IMG/VR virus record: IMGVR_UViG_3300025120_000045
Coordinates: 1-62,240 of that record
Length of the DNA stretch: 62,240 bases
Reading direction: 5' to 3' (one strand)
Source: a virus
Taxonomy: Duplodnaviria > Caudoviricetes
Below, piece after piece: positions 47,048 to 56,677 of the stretch. The notes beneath the pieces were generated by a model. It was not told the DNA's origin. It searched no databases and saw only the letters and a program-made list of their open reading frames with translations. Numbering within the stretch: position 1 is the stretch's first letter; each line of letters opens with the position of its first letter. Both the position numbers and the translations under genes were made by a program.

Positions 47048-49283
47048 CATCAAAAATGCTAAGGTCCTTGCTACATCACTAGCATTTACTAAACAAGAAA
47101 TTAAAAAACTTAGAGCTGATTTTAGTAACTACAAACTAAATGAAGATAAATTACCTCGTGGTCCAAAAGGAGATATTGGACCTCAAGGACCTAAAGGCGA
47201 ATCTGGTCCAGATAGAAAAATCATAATAGAAGCAAAAGGTCCTGTTGGACCAAAAGGAGATAAAGGTGAAGCTGGTAGAGCTATCAATGCAGCTTTTATT
47301 GAAGAAGGTAAATTACACTTAAATTACACAGATGGAGAAACAGCTGATATTGGATCTATTGTAGGTCCAAGAGGTGGTCAAGGTATACCAGGACAAAAAG
47401 GTGAAAGAGGATTAATTGGTGAAGAAGGAAAACAAGGATCTAAAGGTGAAGTAGGACCACGTGGTACTATTGGACCAAGAGGATTACTTGGTGAACAAGG
47501 ACCAATTGGACCAATAGGACCAATTGGATTACAAGGCGATAAAGGAGAAAAAGGTGATAAAGGTGAACAGGGTGAACCCGGTATACAGGGCATACAAGGA
47601 CTACAAGGACTTATCGGACCGAGAGGCGAGACGGGCGAGCGAGGTACAATTGGGCCACAAGGATTACAAGGACCTAGTGGAAAAGATGGTACGTCGGTAG
47701 ATCTTAAACCTCTTAAAGACGAATTAACAGTTGATCTACAATCTTTTAAAAATAATATAAGTGCAAGTATAACTAGAAGAAACTTAGCAAGTAGTGGTGC
47801 TGGTGGTGGTATAGGACCAAGACCTAAAACAACATTACATGTTAGAGATATACTTCCAGAGTCAAATGTAACATTTAATTTAGGATCCGAAGAAAAAAGA
47901 TTTAAAGATTTATTCTTATCTGGTAATACATTATCTCTTGGAGCAACAGAAATAAAAGCATCTGCAGATGGTGGTATTGAACTACCTGCAGTTGAAGCTA
48001 ATACAATGTTGGTGATGAACCCAGCTAGTTATCAACTTTTTACAACTAAAGTAATTACTAAAACATCTGCTCATCCATATACTGGTCAAGGTTCAAGTTT
48101 AGCTTATTCAATAAACGGTAAAGAGTCACCTTCATTAATTCTTGTACCAAATATGACTTACAGGTTTGATCAATCTGATAGTTCAAATGGAAGTCATCCA
48201 CTAAGATTTTACAAAGATGCAGCTAAAAGTACATCTCATACTACAGGTGTAACAACAAATGGAACACCTGGATCAGCAGGCGCTTATACACAAATAGTTA
48301 TAACAGAAACTACACCAACAGTATTCTATCAATGTTCTTCTCATGCACATATGGGAAGTGTTGCGACTACAACAGTAGGTACAATACAACAACAAGATAT
48401 AACAAACGCTGTTAATGATTTAATAGATGCAGCTCCATCACAACTTAATACGTTAAATGAGTTAGCTGCTGCATTAGGAGATGATGCTAATTTTGCTACC
48501 GCAATTACCTTATTAATTAATGACAGAGCACAGGTTGCAAATGTTGCTTCATTAGCTGCATTAGCAAATACAAATTCAGGAATAGCATTACTTAATACAA
48601 ACTTAGTTGGATCCAACACAGCACTTAGAACATTAATTAGTGATAGAGCTCAAGTTGCTAATGTTGCAAGTTTAGCTGCACTTGCTAATACTAATCTAGC
48701 TATTGGTAATCTAAACACTAACTTAACTGGAAGTAATACTGCATTAAGATTATTAATAAACGATAGAGCACAAATTGCGAATGTTGCTTCTTTGGCTGCT
48801 TTAGCGAATACAAATGCAGCAATAGGAAATTTAAATACAAATCTTGGAGGTACTAATACAGCTATAAGAACTTTAGTTAGTGATAGATTACAAGTTGCAA
48901 ATGCTTCAGCTACTTTTACTACAAAAGCATATGCAGCTGCTAACTCATATGTTAATTCTACATTTGTTAAACCAGATGCAACAAATATAAGTTTTTCTGG
49001 ACAATCAGTAACAATCACTGGTAACTTAATAGTGCAAGGTACAACCACACAAACAACAACTTCAAGTTCAAATGTTGAGAGTGCATTTATGATACTTAAT
49101 GCTGGTTTAGATGGAACACCAAGTAATGATGCTGGTATAAAAGTAAATAGAGGAAATCAAGCAAATGTTGAAATAAGATTTAACGAAACAGGAAATAAAT
49201 TTGAATTTACTAACGACGGTACAACATTTAATGAGCTAGGATCTGTTAGTGATTCGTTAGCTTTTGCTATAGCTTTGGGATAA
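47037..49283 (+). CDS. Collagen-like fibre with cupredoxin-like domain and 40-aa coiled-coil repeats
   Basis: Long G-X-Y runs, LGSEEKRFKDLFLSG, HPLRF...YQCSSHAHMG, TLNELAAALGDDANF, C-terminal AFAIALG. Start is probably 47037 (track 47019). Confidence 0.8.
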   Translation: MENDIKNAKVLATSLAFTKQEIKKLRADFSNYKLNEDKLPRGPKGDIGPQGPKGESGPDRKIIIEAKGPVGPKGDKGEAGRAINAAFIEEGKLHLNYTDGETADIGSIVGPRGGQGIPGQKGERGLIGEEGKQGSKGEVGPRGTIGPRGLLGEQGPIGPIGPIGLQGDKGEKGDKGEQGEPGIQGIQGLQGLIGPRGETGERGTIGPQGLQGPSGKDGTSVDLKPLKDELTVDLQSFKNNISASITRRNLASSGAGGGIGPRPKTTLHVRDILPESNVTFNLGSEEKRFKDLFLSGNTLSLGATEIKASADGGIELPAVEANTMLVMNPASYQLFTTKVITKTSAHPYTGQGSSLAYSINGKESPSLILVPNMTYRFDQSDSSNGSHPLRFYKDAAKSTSHTTGVTTNGTPGSAGAYTQIVITETTPTVFYQCSSHAHMGSVATTTVGTIQQQDITNAVNDLIDAAPSQLNTLNELAAALGDDANFATAITLLINDRAQVANVASLAALANTNSGIALLNTNLVGSNTALRTLISDRAQVANVASLAALANTNLAIGNLNTNLTGSNTALRLLINDRAQIANVASLAALANTNAAIGNLNTNLGGTNTAIRTLVSDRLQVANASATFTTKAYAAANSYVNSTFVKPDATNISFSGQSVTITGNLIVQGTTTQTTTSSSNVESAFMILNAGLDGTPSNDAGIKVNRGNQANVEIRFNETGNKFEFTNDGTTFNELGSVSDSLAFAIALG
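47155..47690 (+). repeat. Collagen (Gly-X-Y) coding repeats
   Basis: GPKGDIGPQGPKGE...GEQGPIGPIGPIGLQGDKGEKGDKGEQGEPGIQG. Confidence 0.9.
48522..48900 (+). repeat. 120-bp (40-aa) tandem repeat, about 3 copies
   Basis: DR(A/L)Q(V/I)AN units start at 48522, 48642, 48762 and 48882. Confidence 0.85.
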
Positions 49284-49310
49284 ATAGATAAATAAAAGTA
49301 AAGGACAATT

Positions 49311-50168
49311 ATGGGCGGTTTATCAAGAATTAGATTAGATGGTATTGCAAACAATGCTGTCGCAAATACCAATATAGTAGATGGTGCTGTAGGCGCTGCC
49401 GAAATAGCAACAGGTGCTGTAAAAGCAACTGAAGTTGCTGCAGGTGGTATTGCAGCTAATACAGCTTTTGGTTCAGGAGTAATAACAGCACATGCTATTG
49501 CAACTGGTAATGTTGGAAAAACAGAATTAAGATCAAGTGATCTTTTAACAGCTAATACACAATTCAATGCAGGTATTATTACAGCACATGCTATTGCAAC
49601 AGGCGCAGTAGGACCAACCGAGTTAGCAACAGGTGCAGTAAGTGCAAATACTAAAATAGCTGCAAATATAATAGATGCAAGTAATATAAAAGCTGGTGCT
49701 GTTGGAGCATCAGAATTAGCAACAGGTGCAGTAAGTGCAAATACTAAAATGGGTGCTGATGTAGTTGGTGCCAGAGAACTTAGAATAGGTAATGTAGCTG
49801 CAGCAAATGGAGTTTTTACTCATAACAGTGCAACATATGCTAAAGCTCAATTAGGTAGAGTTGAGAGTGTAACTGTTGGTGGTGCAAACGTGACTATAGA
49901 TTTTGCAAATGCAAACATATTTAATTTGACACTTGGTGCAAGTACAAGATTAGGAAGACCAGCCAACGTTGCAGTTGGTCAAGCAGGAACAATATTTGTG
50001 ACGCAGGACGGAACTGGATCCAGAACATTGAGTTATTCAACAGTGTGGGATTTTATTGGAGGTACAGCTCCAACATTAACAACAACTGCAGCTGGTGTTG
50101 ATAGAATTGATTATGTAGTATATTCAACAGCAAGAATCCAAGCAGTCGCCTCACTAGCTTATAGTTAG
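49311..50168 (+). CDS. Fibre protein paralogous to 32333..33535
   Basis: Shares long near-identical segments (GAVGPTELA...ELRIGNVAAANGVFTHN) and the C-terminal adaptor domain. Confidence 0.8.
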   Translation: MGGLSRIRLDGIANNAVANTNIVDGAVGAAEIATGAVKATEVAAGGIAANTAFGSGVITAHAIATGNVGKTELRSSDLLTANTQFNAGIITAHAIATGAVGPTELATGAVSANTKIAANIIDASNIKAGAVGASELATGAVSANTKMGADVVGARELRIGNVAAANGVFTHNSATYAKAQLGRVESVTVGGANVTIDFANANIFNLTLGASTRLGRPANVAVGQAGTIFVTQDGTGSRTLSYSTVWDFIGGTAPTLTTTAAGVDRIDYVVYSTARIQAVASLAYS

Positions 50169-50176
50169 GAGCTCAT

Positions 50177-50956
50177 ATGAGTATTTACAGAAATCATTTA
50201 CCACTTATGGGTGCATCAACTGGTGGAGACTATGAGATTGGATTCTCTGGTCAATGGCAACGTTCTCAAGCAGATCACATGAAAAGATCATTTGGCTCTG
50301 GTGGTAATAGGAAAAAATATACATTGTCTGTATGGCTTAAATTGGGAGCTATGGACGGAGCTTCAGGGCAGCAGATTTTTACACAAAGAGGTTCCTATAC
50401 TAATCCAAATAACCAATTAGATAACTTTCAAATTGGTGAAGATAACGCAATGGCTTGTCAAAAAACTAATGGAGCTGGATCAAATGTAATGTCCGCAAAT
50501 TTTGCAGCATTTGTTCATGGAACTGCATGGATACATCACTTACTTGCAATTGATTCAACACAAAGTAATATTGCAAATGCAATCAAATACTATAGAGATG
50601 GTGTACAAATAACTAGTACAACCTATACTAATTATAATGGTGGTACTAATTATGAAGGACTTCACAATTCAGCTGGAGAACATAGAATAGGTATGTATTA
50701 TACAAATTATCATTATAATGGTTATATGGCTGATTATTATTTTATTGATGATCAAGCATTAACTCCATCAGATTTTACAGATGGAACTGGAGACGATATC
50801 TTACCAATAGAATATTCAGGCGCTTATGGAGAAACGAGCTTTTTTCTAAATTTTTCTAATGGTAGTGATTTAGGTGAGGATTTTAGTGGTGAGGATAATG
50901 ATTTTACTAATGTTGGGGTTTCTCAATCAACAGATACGCCATCTAATCCAGCTTAA
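50177..50956 (+). CDS. Single LamG/ConA-like domain protein
   Basis: T.SVW.K, AW.H..LAIDSTQ, GYMA..YFID.QAL.P..F, YG...F.L.F, D.P; paralogous to the N-terminus of 33543. Confidence 0.7.
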   Translation: MSIYRNHLPLMGASTGGDYEIGFSGQWQRSQADHMKRSFGSGGNRKKYTLSVWLKLGAMDGASGQQIFTQRGSYTNPNNQLDNFQIGEDNAMACQKTNGAGSNVMSANFAAFVHGTAWIHHLLAIDSTQSNIANAIKYYRDGVQITSTTYTNYNGGTNYEGLHNSAGEHRIGMYYTNYHYNGYMADYYFIDDQALTPSDFTDGTGDDILPIEYSGAYGETSFFLNFSNGSDLGEDFSGEDNDFTNVGVSQSTDTPSNPA

Positions 50957-50997
50957 ATATGACAGTAAAAGGAAATATAACTAAAACTCAAAAATAT

Positions 50998-51005
50998 TAT
51001 AAATA
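50998..51005 (+). promoter_or_regulatory. T4-type late promoter
   Basis: TATAAATA upstream of 51027. Confidence 0.75.
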
Positions 51006-51026
51006 GATTAAACAAGGAGATAAATT

Positions 51027-51296
51027 ATGGTACAACCAGTCGAAGTAAAAAATCCAGAAGTAATGCAAATGAAACACGACTCAGCAAAAGATGCTGTTAA
51101 TGCATTGAGCACTGGAGACACATCTGCATTTAAATCTGCAGTTAATGATATGCTGATGAATAAAGTTGCTGATTACCTTGATGTTAAAAAATTAGATGTT
51201 GCTCAGAATTTTTTGAAACCTAAAGTGGAAGATGACCAAGAAACTGAAGCTAGCGTCGAAGTACAAGACAAGGAGAAAAAGGATGCTGAAGTTTAA
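51027..51296 (+). CDS. Small prohead-core-like protein (gp67-like position)
   Basis: F...ND.L..KV...LD.KK..VA..F pattern; head-cluster synteny. Confidence 0.5.
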   Translation: MVQPVEVKNPEVMQMKHDSAKDAVNALSTGDTSAFKSAVNDMLMNKVADYLDVKKLDVAQNFLKPKVEDDQETEASVEVQDKEKKDAEV

Positions 51297-51915
51297 ACAA
51301 ATTATAGAAAAAGCTAAAGTAAACGTCGGTGGTCCTTCTGCTGATTATGCTATAGCCAACTATCAAGATGATGATGATGAGGCAAAAGATATTAAGCCAA
51401 GAAGTCAAGGAGAAGTTGACTTTAGAGATAAACATACAATTACAACAACAAAACATCCTGTAGCTGAGCCTGGACAATCAGGACCTGCTACAACAAAGCA
51501 TGCTGGTGATCATAAAGGTCACGATGGTGAGCCAGGAGAAAGAGAAGTTGTTAAGTCTAAAGGTAAAACATTCAAAGAGTTAAGAGCAACAAAGAAAGCT
51601 ATTGCAACAGCCAAAGCAAACAAATCTGCTGGTGAAATGCAAATGAAAAAAATTAAGGAAGAAGTTGAAGAAGTTGAAGATCTTGATGAGAATGTAATGG
51701 TAAGGATAAAGATGAAGAATATTGCTAAAAGCAAAACACCAGTTAGTTATAAATTTAAAAATGGTAAATCAATGACAGTTGATCCAGACCAAGCAAAAAT
51801 GATTCATAAAGCATTACAAGGTGTTAAAGGTCCAAGTTTAAAAGCAATGTCAAATGACATAATGTCTAGCCCAGCTGGCTTTATGAAGGCACTTGCATTT
51901 GCGGAGAGAAAATAA
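51283..51915 (+). CDS. Putative prohead core protein (gp68-like position)
   Basis: K/E-rich with KEE/LDE cleavage-like sites. Start is probably 51283 (track 51232). Confidence 0.5.
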   Translation: MLKFKQIIEKAKVNVGGPSADYAIANYQDDDDEAKDIKPRSQGEVDFRDKHTITTTKHPVAEPGQSGPATTKHAGDHKGHDGEPGEREVVKSKGKTFKELRATKKAIATAKANKSAGEMQMKKIKEEVEEVEDLDENVMVRIKMKNIAKSKTPVSYKFKNGKSMTVDPDQAKMIHKALQGVKGPSLKAMSNDIMSSPAGFMKALAFAERK

Positions 51916-52283
51916 TGGCTACAAAAATAACAGTAAATCAAAATAATGGAACATTGGTACTGCAAGCAAATACAGCTGGTTTTGTAAATTTAGGTACTGG
52001 TGTGGCAGGAACGTCAAAAGCAAACAATGCTGGAGAAACAGTTACAGGAATGACTATTAGAGAAGTATTCTGGACACAAAAAGATGGAAATGTTTCTGCT
52101 AATACTTGGTTGATCAAAAGAGGTGCTAATACAGTATTAGTATGTCCTGGCAATTCAGGTCATTTCAAGTTTGACGGAATGCAAATAGAGAATTCATTTG
52201 AAAAAGCATCTAATGTAAATTTTGTAACTACCGGACTTGGTACGTTAATACTTAAACTAAAGAAAACATCTGGAGAGGTATAA
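51915..52283 (+). CDS. Hypothetical head-associated protein
   Basis: Beta-rich 122-aa ORF coupled to gp21; rich in ANT motifs. Confidence 0.55.
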   Translation: MATKITVNQNNGTLVLQANTAGFVNLGTGVAGTSKANNAGETVTGMTIREVFWTQKDGNVSANTWLIKRGANTVLVCPGNSGHFKFDGMQIENSFEKASNVNFVTTGLGTLILKLKKTSGEV

Positions 52284-52936
52284 TGAAACTAATATCAGAA
52301 ATAGTTGATCATAAGTTAGAATACATTACAGAAGCAAATGAGAATGGTAAAAAAGCCTATAAGATTAAAGGTGTCTTCATGCAAGGAGAGATCAAGAATC
52401 GTAATGGCAGAGTTTACCCAATGGGTATTTTAAAAGAAAACGTTGAAAAGTATAACAAAGATTATATACAAAAGAATAGAGCTTATGGTGAGTTGGGTCA
52501 TCCTAGTGGACCAACAATAAATCTTGAAAGAGTTAGTCACATGATTACTGATCTTTATCAGGATGGTAATAATTATATGGGTGAAGCTAAAATTATGGAT
52601 ACTCCATACGGTAAGATAGTAAAGAATTTAATGGATGAAGGAGCAACATTGGGTGTTAGCTCAAGAGGAATGGGTTCACTGAAACAAAACGGTAGTGGAA
52701 CTCAGGTTGTACAAAAAGATTATCATTTAGCCACAGCTGCTGACATTGTAGCTGATCCTTCGGCTCCTGATGCTTTCGTAGAAGGTATCATGGAAGGTAA
52801 GGAATGGGTATGGGATAATGGGGTTCTCAGAGAAGCGCAAATGGCTGAGTATAAAGATGAGATTGAAAAATACTCTAAAAAGAACCTTGAAGAAGCAAAA
52901 TTGAGAGTATTTTCTAATTTTATTTCAAAACTATAA
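52283..52936 (+). CDS. gp21: Prohead protease gp21
   Basis: I.GVFMQ...NRNGRVYP, GELGHP, GVSSRGMGSL, DIVADPSAPDAFV.GIME. Confidence 0.98.
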   Translation: MKLISEIVDHKLEYITEANENGKKAYKIKGVFMQGEIKNRNGRVYPMGILKENVEKYNKDYIQKNRAYGELGHPSGPTINLERVSHMITDLYQDGNNYMGEAKIMDTPYGKIVKNLMDEGATLGVSSRGMGSLKQNGSGTQVVQKDYHLATAADIVADPSAPDAFVEGIMEGKEWVWDNGVLREAQMAEYKDEIEKYSKKNLEEAKLRVFSNFISKL

Positions 52937-52939
52937 ACT

Positions 52940-52947
52940 TATAAATA
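52940..52947 (+). promoter_or_regulatory. T4-type late promoter
   Basis: TATAAATA upstream of gp22. Confidence 0.75.
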
Positions 52948-52982
52948 ATATAAAACAGATAACCTAACAAGGAGAAATAATC

Positions 52983-54113
52983 ATGTCTGAACAAGATCTT
53001 AAAACAGAAGATCAGGAAGTTGTTGAAGAAAGTCAAGTGGAGCTTGATGAATTCAAGGCATCTATGGGTGACCCTTCAGAAGTTCCTGAGCCAACATCAA
53101 CGAAAGCAGCAGCGCCTGGTCCAAGTAAAGATCAAGGTGAAAAATCAACTCCAATGCAAGGCTCTTCCGAGAAGCCTAAAAAGCCTATTATGGCTGGCAC
53201 TAAAATGGGAATGATTAATGCTATGGTTAAAAAAATGTCTCGTATGTCAAAGAATGACATTCAAAGCACATATGGAAATATGATGTCTGGTATGAAACCA
53301 AAAATGGCTGAAGAAGCAGAAGCTGATGGCGAATCTATTTCTGAAACTTCATACAAGGTAACACCAGAAGATATTGACATTAAAGCTGATGTAAAAGCAT
53401 TATTCGGTAATGAAGAATTATCAGAAGAGTTCAAAGAAAAAGCAATAACAGTTTTTGAATCTGCTGTTGTTTCAAAAATTAACGAACACATTGAAACTTA
53501 CAACGTAACTGTAGAAGAGTCTTTCAAAGAAGATGCTGAAGGTATCAAGACAGAATTATCTGAGAAATTAGATAGTTATCTTGACTATGTTGTAGAGCAA
53601 TGGTCTGAAGAAAACAAAGTTGCTATTGAGCAAGGATTAAAATCTGAGCTAGTAGAAGATTTCATGGGTGGTCTGAAGAATTTATTCGAAGATCATTATA
53701 TTGATGTTCCAGACAGTAAAGTAGATGTAGTTGAAGAATTAGCTGCTAAGAATGAAGAGCTAGAAGCACAACTCAATGCTGAGCTGACTAAAAACGTTGA
53801 AGCTAAAAAAGCTATTGACGAGAGCACTCAACAAAAAATGATTGACACTGTAACTGAAAGTTTAGCAGAAACTCAAAAAGAGAAGTTTCAAACTTTAGCT
53901 GAAGGTGTACAATTTACTGATCAAGATTCGTTTCAAAAGAAACTATCAATAATTAAAGAAAGCTATTTCGCTACAGACACAGTAACTGAAACAGCTAATT
54001 TAGTAGGTGAAACTGATGAGCCTCTTGATGAAGAGGAACAACCGAGTGGATCTAAAGTTGATCCAGCAATGGCAGGATATATGAATGCTATTACAAGGTC
54101 AATTAAAAAGTAG
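52983..54113 (+). CDS. gp22: Prohead scaffolding protein gp22
   Basis: LSEEFK.KA..VFE.AV, D.YLDYVVE.W..EN..AIE.G, F..GLK.LF..HYIDVP, IKESYF. Confidence 0.95.
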   Translation: MSEQDLKTEDQEVVEESQVELDEFKASMGDPSEVPEPTSTKAAAPGPSKDQGEKSTPMQGSSEKPKKPIMAGTKMGMINAMVKKMSRMSKNDIQSTYGNMMSGMKPKMAEEAEADGESISETSYKVTPEDIDIKADVKALFGNEELSEEFKEKAITVFESAVVSKINEHIETYNVTVEESFKEDAEGIKTELSEKLDSYLDYVVEQWSEENKVAIEQGLKSELVEDFMGGLKNLFEDHYIDVPDSKVDVVEELAAKNEELEAQLNAELTKNVEAKKAIDESTQQKMIDTVTESLAETQKEKFQTLAEGVQFTDQDSFQKKLSIIKESYFATDTVTETANLVGETDEPLDEEEQPSGSKVDPAMAGYMNAITRSIKK

Positions 54114-54126
54114 ATTAACAGTATAT

Positions 54127-54134
54127 TATAAATA
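54127..54134 (+). promoter_or_regulatory. T4-type late promoter
   Basis: TATAAATA upstream of gp23. Confidence 0.8.
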
Positions 54135-54192
54135 ATATTAATTAAATGAAAAGGCTGACTTTTCTAAACTTTAACAATAAAAGGAATAAAAA

Positions 54193-55575
54193 ATGTCTTA
54201 TTTAACAGAAGAGCTAGTGAAAAAATGGCAGCCAGTTCTTGAACATGGGGACCTAGATCCAATCAAAGATCCTCACAAGCGTCAGGTTGTTGCCACTTTA
54301 CTAGAAAACCAAGAAAATGCAGCTAGAGAACAAGCTGCTCAATCAGGAGGAATGAACCCTAGTTTATTAGGGGAAGCGGCTCCTGCTAACGCAATGGGTG
54401 CATCAAGCTCAACTGCCAGTGATGGTTCAGTTGATATATTTGACCCAGTACTTATTTCACTTGTAAGAAGAAGTATGCCAAACCTTATTGCATATGATAT
54501 CTGTGGTGTCCAGCCAATGACTGGTCCAACAGGTCTTATCTTTGCTTTAAGAAGTAGACTTCAAGATCAAACAGGTTCTGAAGCATTATTCAACGAAGCT
54601 AATACTTCTCATTCAGCTATCGGTTCACAAGCTGCAAATACATCTAACTTCGGTGGTGTACTTGACGGTGCTGTAGGTACTGACCAAGCTGGATCAGATC
54701 CAACTTCAAGAGCTTCTGGTTCTGGTTACACACTTCACCAAGGTATGTCAACGGCAACAGGTGAAGCATTAGGTGATGCTGCTGCTAACTCATTTGCTGA
54801 GATGGCTTTCTCTGTAGAGAAGGTTTCAGTAACTGCTGTTACTAGAGCGTTAAAGGCTGAATACACTATGGAACTTGCTCAAGACTTAAAGGCAGTTCAT
54901 GGTTTAGATGCTGAGACAGAACTTTCAAACATCCTATCTGCTGAGATCTTAGCTGAGATCAACAGAGAAGTTGTAAGAACAATTAACTATACAGCTACTG
55001 CTGGTGCTCAAACAAACACATCTGCTGCTGGAACATTTGACTTAGATGTTGACAGTAATGGTAGATGGTCTGTTGAGAGATTTAAAGGTATGATCTTTCA
55101 AATTGAAAGAGAAGCTAACCAGATCGCTAAAGCTACAAGACGTGGTAAAGGTAACGTAATGATCTGTGGATCAGATGTTGCTTCTGCAATGCAAATGGCT
55201 GGCGTTCTTGATTATGCTCCTGCATTATCTGCTAATTTGAATGTTGATGATACTGGTAATACATTTGCTGGTGTACTTAACGGAAGAATTAAGGTATATG
55301 TAGATCCATACTTCTCAAGCGCAGCTGGTTTACAGTATGCTACAATTGGATATAAAGGATCTTCTGCATTTGATGCTGGATTATTCTACTGTCCATATGT
55401 ACCGCTACAAATGGTAAGAGCAGTTGGTGAGAACACATTCCAACCTAAGATCGGTTTTAAGACTAGGTACGGAATTGTTGCTAACCCATTCGGTACTTCA
55501 AGTGCTGATGGTGCAATTGCATTCGGAAAACCAAACTTATATTACAGATTTGTAAAAATAAGTAACTTAATGTAA
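54193..55575 (+). CDS. gp23: Major capsid protein gp23
   Basis: KW.PVL, LLENQE, DPVLISLVRRSMPNLIAYDICGVQPM, ELAQDLKAVHG, FYCPYVPL, FQPKIGFKTRYG. Confidence 0.99.
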   Translation: MSYLTEELVKKWQPVLEHGDLDPIKDPHKRQVVATLLENQENAAREQAAQSGGMNPSLLGEAAPANAMGASSSTASDGSVDIFDPVLISLVRRSMPNLIAYDICGVQPMTGPTGLIFALRSRLQDQTGSEALFNEANTSHSAIGSQAANTSNFGGVLDGAVGTDQAGSDPTSRASGSGYTLHQGMSTATGEALGDAAANSFAEMAFSVEKVSVTAVTRALKAEYTMELAQDLKAVHGLDAETELSNILSAEILAEINREVVRTINYTATAGAQTNTSAAGTFDLDVDSNGRWSVERFKGMIFQIEREANQIAKATRRGKGNVMICGSDVASAMQMAGVLDYAPALSANLNVDDTGNTFAGVLNGRIKVYVDPYFSSAAGLQYATIGYKGSSAFDAGLFYCPYVPLQMVRAVGENTFQPKIGFKTRYGIVANPFGTSSADGAIAFGKPNLYYRFVKISNLM

Positions 55576-55603
55576 TCTTAGGATTACACCGCACCTTAAA
55601 ATT

Positions 55604-55629
55604 AAAGGTCCTTCGGGACCTTTTTTTTT
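55604..55629 (+). terminator. Intrinsic terminator after gp23
   Basis: AAAGGTCC-TTCG-GGACC followed by T9; a second hairpin TGTAATC-TTAG-GATTACA at 55571-55588 precedes it. Confidence 0.92.
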
Positions 55630-55654
55630 GTCTAAAAAATAGATAAATAGTAAC

Positions 55655-56212
55655 ATGAGTTCATTAGACAAACAACCAACCAATGCAAACTTTCTTTCTC
55701 CTTTAGGTTTTAGATTTATAGTAGACAAATTACCTAACGTGAATTTCTTTTGTCAAAGTGCATCTTTACCATCCGTATCCCTTGCAGAGACAGAAATACC
55801 AAACCCATTAGTTAGATTGCCATACGCTGGTACAAAGTTAACTTATGCACCTTTAGATATAAGATTTAGAGTTGATGAGGATATGAAAAACTATCTTGAG
55901 GTATATGATTGGATGAAAGGTTTAGGTACACCTGAAAGTACTGATCAATATAAAGCATTAAATGCAGCTGCTGGATCTGCTAGACCAACTGCTGGTTTTA
56001 GTCCAGCTGGTAATATAATGCAAGGTGCTTTTAGTGATGGATCCGTTGTAGTTATGACTAGTGCACAGAATCCAAATATTAGAATTGGATTTGTAGATAT
56101 ATTTCCAACAAACTTATCTCCACTGCAGTTTGATGTTACACAACAAGATGTAGCATACCTTGAGGCAGATGCAACTTTCACATATAGAAACTTTACTGTT
56201 GTCCAGATTTGA
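55655..56212 (+). CDS. gp3: Tail completion / sheath stabilizer gp3
   Basis: NFLSP.GF.F...KLP.V.FFCQ.A.LP, F.VDEDM.NY.E..DW, FP..LS. Confidence 0.9.
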   Translation: MSSLDKQPTNANFLSPLGFRFIVDKLPNVNFFCQSASLPSVSLAETEIPNPLVRLPYAGTKLTYAPLDIRFRVDEDMKNYLEVYDWMKGLGTPESTDQYKALNAAAGSARPTAGFSPAGNIMQGAFSDGSVVVMTSAQNPNIRIGFVDIFPTNLSPLQFDVTQQDVAYLEADATFTYRNFTVVQI

Positions 56213-56233
56213 TAATGTAGTATAATAGTCTTT

Positions 56234-56677
56234 ATGAGACTAGAAGAAATATTAGATTTATGGACCCAGGATAGTCAAATAGACGATACTGATTTAGATG
56301 CAGAAAGTTTAAAAATACCTGTATTACATGGTAAATACTTAAAGTATCTATATAATGAAAGGTTGAAACTTAGATCATTAAAGATTAAATATAAATCTTT
56401 AAGTCGTAAGTTAGGTGAATATTACAGGGGTGAATTGAATAACCCAGAAGATCTTACAGAATTGAATCGTGAACCCTGGCCGAAAGTTACTCTAAAGCAA
56501 GATATACCAAGTTATATTGATGCTGATAAAGACATGGTTACTTTGCAAACAAAGTTAGCATATCAAGAGGAACTTGTCGGTTGTTGTGAAGATATATTAA
56601 AAAGTATAAACAACAGAGGGTTTCAGATTCGTGCAGCAATTGATTGGCGTAGACTTACACAATTTGGTGGAGGGTGA
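56234..56677 (+). CDS. uvsY: Recombination mediator UvsY
   Basis: W..DS.ID...LD.ESLKIP.LH.KY, YY.G, I.NRGFQI..AI.W. Confidence 0.93.
   Translation: MRLEEILDLWTQDSQIDDTDLDAESLKIPVLHGKYLKYLYNERLKLRSLKIKYKSLSRKLGEYYRGELNNPEDLTELNREPWPKVTLKQDIPSYIDADKDMVTLQTKLAYQEELVGCCEDILKSINNRGFQIRAAIDWRRLTQFGGG

Noticed and set aside
48522-48900. CRISPR-like array in the regular repeats
   Set aside because: These are in-frame degenerate coding repeats with no unique spacers.
31474-50168. Diversity-generating retroelement TR/VR pair among the paralogous fibre ends
   Set aside because: The differences are not adenine-specific and look mostly synonymous; all copies are coding; no reverse transcriptase is in the window.
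41034-55575. Introns or inteins in terminase, portal or capsid genes
   Set aside because: The ORFs are continuous, of normal length and have uninterrupted motifs.
56199-56226. Sigma70 promoter upstream of uvsY
   Set aside because: TATAAT is present but the -35 (TTGTCC, 16-nt spacer) is weak; plausible but not well enough supported to list.
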